This document shows positions 60,790 to 64,000 of a stretch of 64,000 bases of DNA, one piece after another. The notes under the pieces are model-generated. The model was not told the DNA's origin. It did no database searches and saw only the letters and a program-made list of their open reading frames with translations. This DNA comes from an uncultured Pseudomonadota bacterium (lineage in GTDB: Bacteria; Pseudomonadota; Gammaproteobacteria; Steroidobacterales; Steroidobacteraceae). The stretch covers positions 6,385 to 70,384 of the forward strand of contig CAVSFM010000004.1 in NCBI GenBank assembly GCA_963727305.1, given 5' to 3'. The position numbers and the translations under genes are program-made. The first letter of the stretch is position 1, and the number at the start of each line of letters is the position of its first letter.

Positions 60790-61956
60790 GTGCGTGAGAG
60801 CTACGGGCCGGGCGAGCAGGCCGCGCATGACATCATGCGCGCCGCCGCCAGGAAAATCGGTCTCGAAGTGGCGGTCGATGCGATCGGCAACCTGATGATG
60901 ACATTGCCCGGACGCGACCGCAGCGTGCCGCGCATCCTCATCGGCTCGCATCTCGACAGCGTCCCGCAGGGCGGCAATTTCGACGGCGCCGCGGGCGTTG
61001 TGGCGGGTCTGTCCGCGGTATCAGCGCTGCGGCAGGCCGGCATCGTGCCCGGGTGCGACATCGTCGTTATGGGCATTCGCGCCGAAGAGTCCGCGTGGTT
61101 CGATGTCGCCTACATCGGCAGCGCGGGCGCCTTCGGGCTGCTTGATCCGGGGTGCCTGGCGGTGCGGCGCTCGGATGACGGCCCGAGCCTCGAAGCGGCG
61201 ATCACCCAGGCCGGCTTTGACCCGGCGGCGGTCCGCGAGCGGCGCAGTCTGCTCGAGCCTGCGCAGATCAGGGCGTACCTCGAACTGCATATCGAGCAGG
61301 GTCCGACGCTTGCCGGCGTCGGGCTGCCAGCAGCCGTGGTCAGCGGGATCCGCGGCTGCAAGCGATTTCGCAACGCGCGCTGCCTGGGCGAATACGCTCA
61401 CTCGGGCGCGGTCTCCCGTGCCTTCCGGCACGATGCGGTCGCGGCCACCGTGGCGCTGCTGCATCATCTGGAGAGCGTCTGGCTGCAACAGGAGGCGGCG
61501 GGCGCGGACCTCGTCATCACCTCCGGCGAACTCTTCACCGACGCGGCGCTGCACGGTCCGAGTAAGATTGCCGGCGAAACGCGCTTCGTCATCGACGTGC
61601 GCAGCCTCTCGGAAGCCACGATGGGCGCTGTCACAGGCGAGGCGCGTGCCGCCGCCGCGCGCCTCGGGCAGGCCTATCGGGTCAGCTTCGATCTCGGTGC
61701 CACCAGCGACTCGCCTCCGGCGGTGATGGACGCGCGTCTGCGTGCCAGCTTGATGGAGCGGCTCGAGCAGCCGTTCGAGATGGCAAGCGGCGCTGGACAC
61801 GATGCGGCGGTGTTTGCCAAGCTGGGTATCCCGACGGGCATGATCTTCGTTCGCAATGAGCATGGCAGCCACAATCCCGCCGAAGCGATGCAGATCGATG
61901 ACTTCGCCATCGCCACCCAGGCACTCATCGGCCTGTTACTCGATTTCCCGCTCTGA
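60790..61956 (+). CDS. M20-family amidohydrolase of the allantoate amidohydrolase / N-carbamoyl-amino-acid hydrolase type (5' end unresolved)
   Basis: IGNLMMTLPGRD...ILIGSHLDSVPQGGNFDGAAGV, AYLELHIEQGPTL, ASGAGHDAAVF and FVRNEHGSHNPAE are diagnostic of this Zn-peptidase subfamily. Family-like sequence (ADPNADIALATSLFDALSRATRRGAGF) continues in frame upstream of the GTG at 60790 with no start codon. Confidence 0.8.
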   Translation: MRESYGPGEQAAHDIMRAAARKIGLEVAVDAIGNLMMTLPGRDRSVPRILIGSHLDSVPQGGNFDGAAGVVAGLSAVSALRQAGIVPGCDIVVMGIRAEESAWFDVAYIGSAGAFGLLDPGCLAVRRSDDGPSLEAAITQAGFDPAAVRERRSLLEPAQIRAYLELHIEQGPTLAGVGLPAAVVSGIRGCKRFRNARCLGEYAHSGAVSRAFRHDAVAATVALLHHLESVWLQQEAAGADLVITSGELFTDAALHGPSKIAGETRFVIDVRSLSEATMGAVTGEARAAAARLGQAYRVSFDLGATSDSPPAVMDARLRASLMERLEQPFEMASGAGHDAAVFAKLGIPTGMIFVRNEHGSHNPAEAMQIDDFAIATQALIGLLLDFPL

Positions 61957-61977
61957 ATCGGCCGCACGGCAGCCAGC

Positions 61978-63012
61978 ATGGCCCTGCTAATAACCGGCGC
62001 CACGGGCTTCGTGATGAGTGTCCTCGCCAGGCGTTGGCTGGAGGCCCATCCGACGGAGCGCGCTTTCGTGCTGGATGCGGCTCCTCTGGATGCCGCGGCG
62101 CGGCGCTACTTCGCCCCGGTATCCGGCCGGCTATCGGTCGTGACCGCGGACGTCACTCACCCCGCAACCTGGCACGAGGCCCTGGCCGGCAAGAACATCA
62201 CCACCATTGTCCACGGCGCCACGGTCACGCCAATATCACGCGGTACAACGGCCGAAGCGCAGCGGGAGCCGGAAGCAGAAAACCCTGGTCGGATCATCGA
62301 CGTCAACGTGATGGGAACGGTGGCAACCCTCGACTGGGCACGCACCCTGCCCGGGTTCCAGCGTTTCATATACGTAAGCTCGGGTGCCGTCTACAAACAC
62401 CACGGCCCGGATCGGCCGGGCGAACCCCTGCCCGAGGACGGCTATGTGATGCCACGCCGGCTCTACGGGATCTCGAAACTGGCCTCCGAGCTGATTACCG
62501 AGCGCTACGGGGACCTGTTCGGCCTGTCCACCGCGTCGGTGCGTCCGTCGTCAGTCTACGGAACCATGGATCGCGTGACCGCGACGCGCAACAACCGTCA
62601 TATTCCGAACCGCATCGCCCATCTGGCGCTGGAGGGAGTGAAGCGCGTGCGCGTGAACACGCTGGCTGCGGTCGGCGACTACATCCATGCGGAAGATGTC
62701 GCCGACGCCATCATTGCCTTACTGCGGGCGCCGCGCCTGCACTACAGCGCCTACAACGTCGCGGCGGGTGTCACTGCGACGGCCGGAGATCTGATCACCT
62801 GGGCCGCGGAGAAGGCCCCTGGCTTTGGGGCGGAGGTCGTCCCCAGCGAGCAGGCCGAGATCGTCATGGACCCCACGCTGACCGGCGGGATGTGGGGCGC
62901 CTACGATGTCTCGCGCATTGCCAACGACACGGGCTGGCGGCCCCGGCCGGTGCGCGAGGCACTGCACGCTTACATGGACTGGCTGGTTGCGGAGCGGGCT
63001 GCCGGCCAGTGA
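61978..63012 (+). CDS. NAD-dependent epimerase/dehydratase-family protein
   Basis: LITGATGFVMSVLARRWL (GxxGxxG), catalytic YGISKLASE, extended SDR length (344 aa). Confidence 0.85.
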   Translation: MALLITGATGFVMSVLARRWLEAHPTERAFVLDAAPLDAAARRYFAPVSGRLSVVTADVTHPATWHEALAGKNITTIVHGATVTPISRGTTAEAQREPEAENPGRIIDVNVMGTVATLDWARTLPGFQRFIYVSSGAVYKHHGPDRPGEPLPEDGYVMPRRLYGISKLASELITERYGDLFGLSTASVRPSSVYGTMDRVTATRNNRHIPNRIAHLALEGVKRVRVNTLAAVGDYIHAEDVADAIIALLRAPRLHYSAYNVAAGVTATAGDLITWAAEKAPGFGAEVVPSEQAEIVMDPTLTGGMWGAYDVSRIANDTGWRPRPVREALHAYMDWLVAERAAGQ

Positions 63013-63031
63013 CTCCGGCAAGAATACAGCC

Positions 63032-63946
63032 GTGACAGCCGAAACCTATCCCCGCGATCTGATCGGCTACGGCGCGCGTGCCCCCCACCCCCGCTGGCCG
63101 AAAGATGCGCGTGTGGCCGTTTCGATCGTGCTCAACTACGAGGAAGGCGGCGAGTCGTGCGTGCTGCACGGCGATGAGCAGTCGGAGTCGGTGCTGACAG
63201 ACCTGGGCGCCGTTGCGGCACTGCCCGGTGCGCGCAACCTCAACGTCGAGTCCATTTTTGAGTACGGCAGCCGCGTGGGTTTCTGGGAGATCATGCGCCT
63301 CCTGCAGGAACGGGGCGTGGAGGCCACCATTTACGCGGTGGGGATGGCGTTGGAGCGCAACCCCGAGGTCGCCGCGGCGATCAAGGGCAGTGGCTTCGAA
63401 GTCGCCTGTCACGGCCAGCGCTGGATTGACTACCAGTTCGTGCCTGAGGCCGTCGAGCGCGAGCACATGCGGCGCAACGTCGAAGTCATCACACGCATGA
63501 TCGGCCGCCGCCCGCTCGGCTGGTATACCGGGCGCCCCGGCCCCAACACGCGACGCTTGCTGGTCGAGCACGGCGGATTTCTGTACGACAGCGACGCGTA
63601 CAATGATGACCTGCCCTACTGGGTGCGCGTCGCCGGGCACGCGCACCTCGTCGTACCCTACAGTTTCGACACGAACGACAGCCGCCTGCAGCGTGGTGGC
63701 GACTTCAGTACGGGCGAGGAGTACTTCGTCTACAACCGCGATGCATTCGACTGGCTGTATCGGCTCGGGACCGCCGGCAGACCACGCCTGATGACGATCG
63801 GTCTGCACGGCCGGATCATTGGCCGCCCGGGTCGTATCGGTGCGCTGCAGCGGCTACTCGAGCACATCCAGTCTCACGATGGCGTCTGGCTCTGCAACCG
63901 CGCAGCTATCGCGCAGCACTGGATGACCCATTACCCGCCAAGCTGA
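63032..63946 (+). CDS. puuE: Allantoinase PuuE (polysaccharide-deacetylase fold)
   Basis: GTG at 63032 in the frame of ORF 62906..63946. YPRDLIGYGARAPHPRWPKDARVAVSIVLNYEEGGESCVLHGD...ESIFEYGSRVGFWEI...LGWYTGRPGPNTRRL...FLYDSDAYNDDLPYW...IGLHGRIIGRPGR follows the PuuE sequence as I remember it almost motif for motif. Confidence 0.85.
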   Translation: MTAETYPRDLIGYGARAPHPRWPKDARVAVSIVLNYEEGGESCVLHGDEQSESVLTDLGAVAALPGARNLNVESIFEYGSRVGFWEIMRLLQERGVEATIYAVGMALERNPEVAAAIKGSGFEVACHGQRWIDYQFVPEAVEREHMRRNVEVITRMIGRRPLGWYTGRPGPNTRRLLVEHGGFLYDSDAYNDDLPYWVRVAGHAHLVVPYSFDTNDSRLQRGGDFSTGEEYFVYNRDAFDWLYRLGTAGRPRLMTIGLHGRIIGRPGRIGALQRLLEHIQSHDGVWLCNRAAIAQHWMTHYPPS

Positions 63947-64000
63947 GCGTGAAGCCGCCCCGAGTCCTTTATCGAACGGCCAGGAAAGAGGGAATCCATG

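Noticed and set aside
63998-64000. ATG preceded by AAGAGGGAA at the very end of the window
   Set aside because: It probably starts the next gene of the locus, but only the start codon is present, so nothing can be called.

Overview
This is a 64-kb, visibly high-GC proteobacterial chromosomal window. Gene order and protein sequences look gammaproteobacterial. It has one tRNA, no rRNA and no CRISPR array. Contents from left to right: (1) A lower-GC remnant of a genomic island (PagL-like lipid A deacylase, UrcA-family protein, degenerate tyrosine integrase) abutting tRNA-Lys(UUU). (2) A 7.3-kb plus-strand catabolic operon: class-III aminotransferase, P5C-dehydrogenase-like ALDH, CoA-transferase A+B, a second class-III aminotransferase, and an APA-family permease. 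(3) The conserved minus-strand housekeeping block yebC-ruvCAB-ybgC-tolQRAB-pal-cpoB-queE-queC, then relA and lpdA-sucB-sucA. (4) Accessory and envelope genes: DUF5658, MFS, DUF1348, dienelactone hydrolase, FAD-binding protein, SDR, PAP2 phosphatase, a PmrAB/QseBC-like two-component system preceded by a PmrA-box-like direct repeat, SYLF, FkbM methyltransferase, glycine-zipper protein, lipoproteins and an amidohydrolase. (5) A tight cluster of exported proteins of unknown function: two tandem DUF3604/PHP-like lipoproteins, a membrane-anchored PpiC-like protein, a long HupE/UreJ permease and a YncE-type beta-propeller. I consider this the best candidate for an undescribed system. (6) A sulfotransferase, a secreted MBL/AHL-lactonase-like protein and an SDR. 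(7) A TonB-receptor-led catabolic locus ending in an M20 amidohydrolase and PuuE allantoinase. At least 14 single frame disruptions split 11 otherwise well-conserved genes, including sucA and sucB. Three junctions are explicable as loss of one base, two of them in short G/C runs, so most apparent pseudogenes here are probably sequence errors. All functional calls come from my own reading of the translated ORFs (motif and family recognition), not from database searches.
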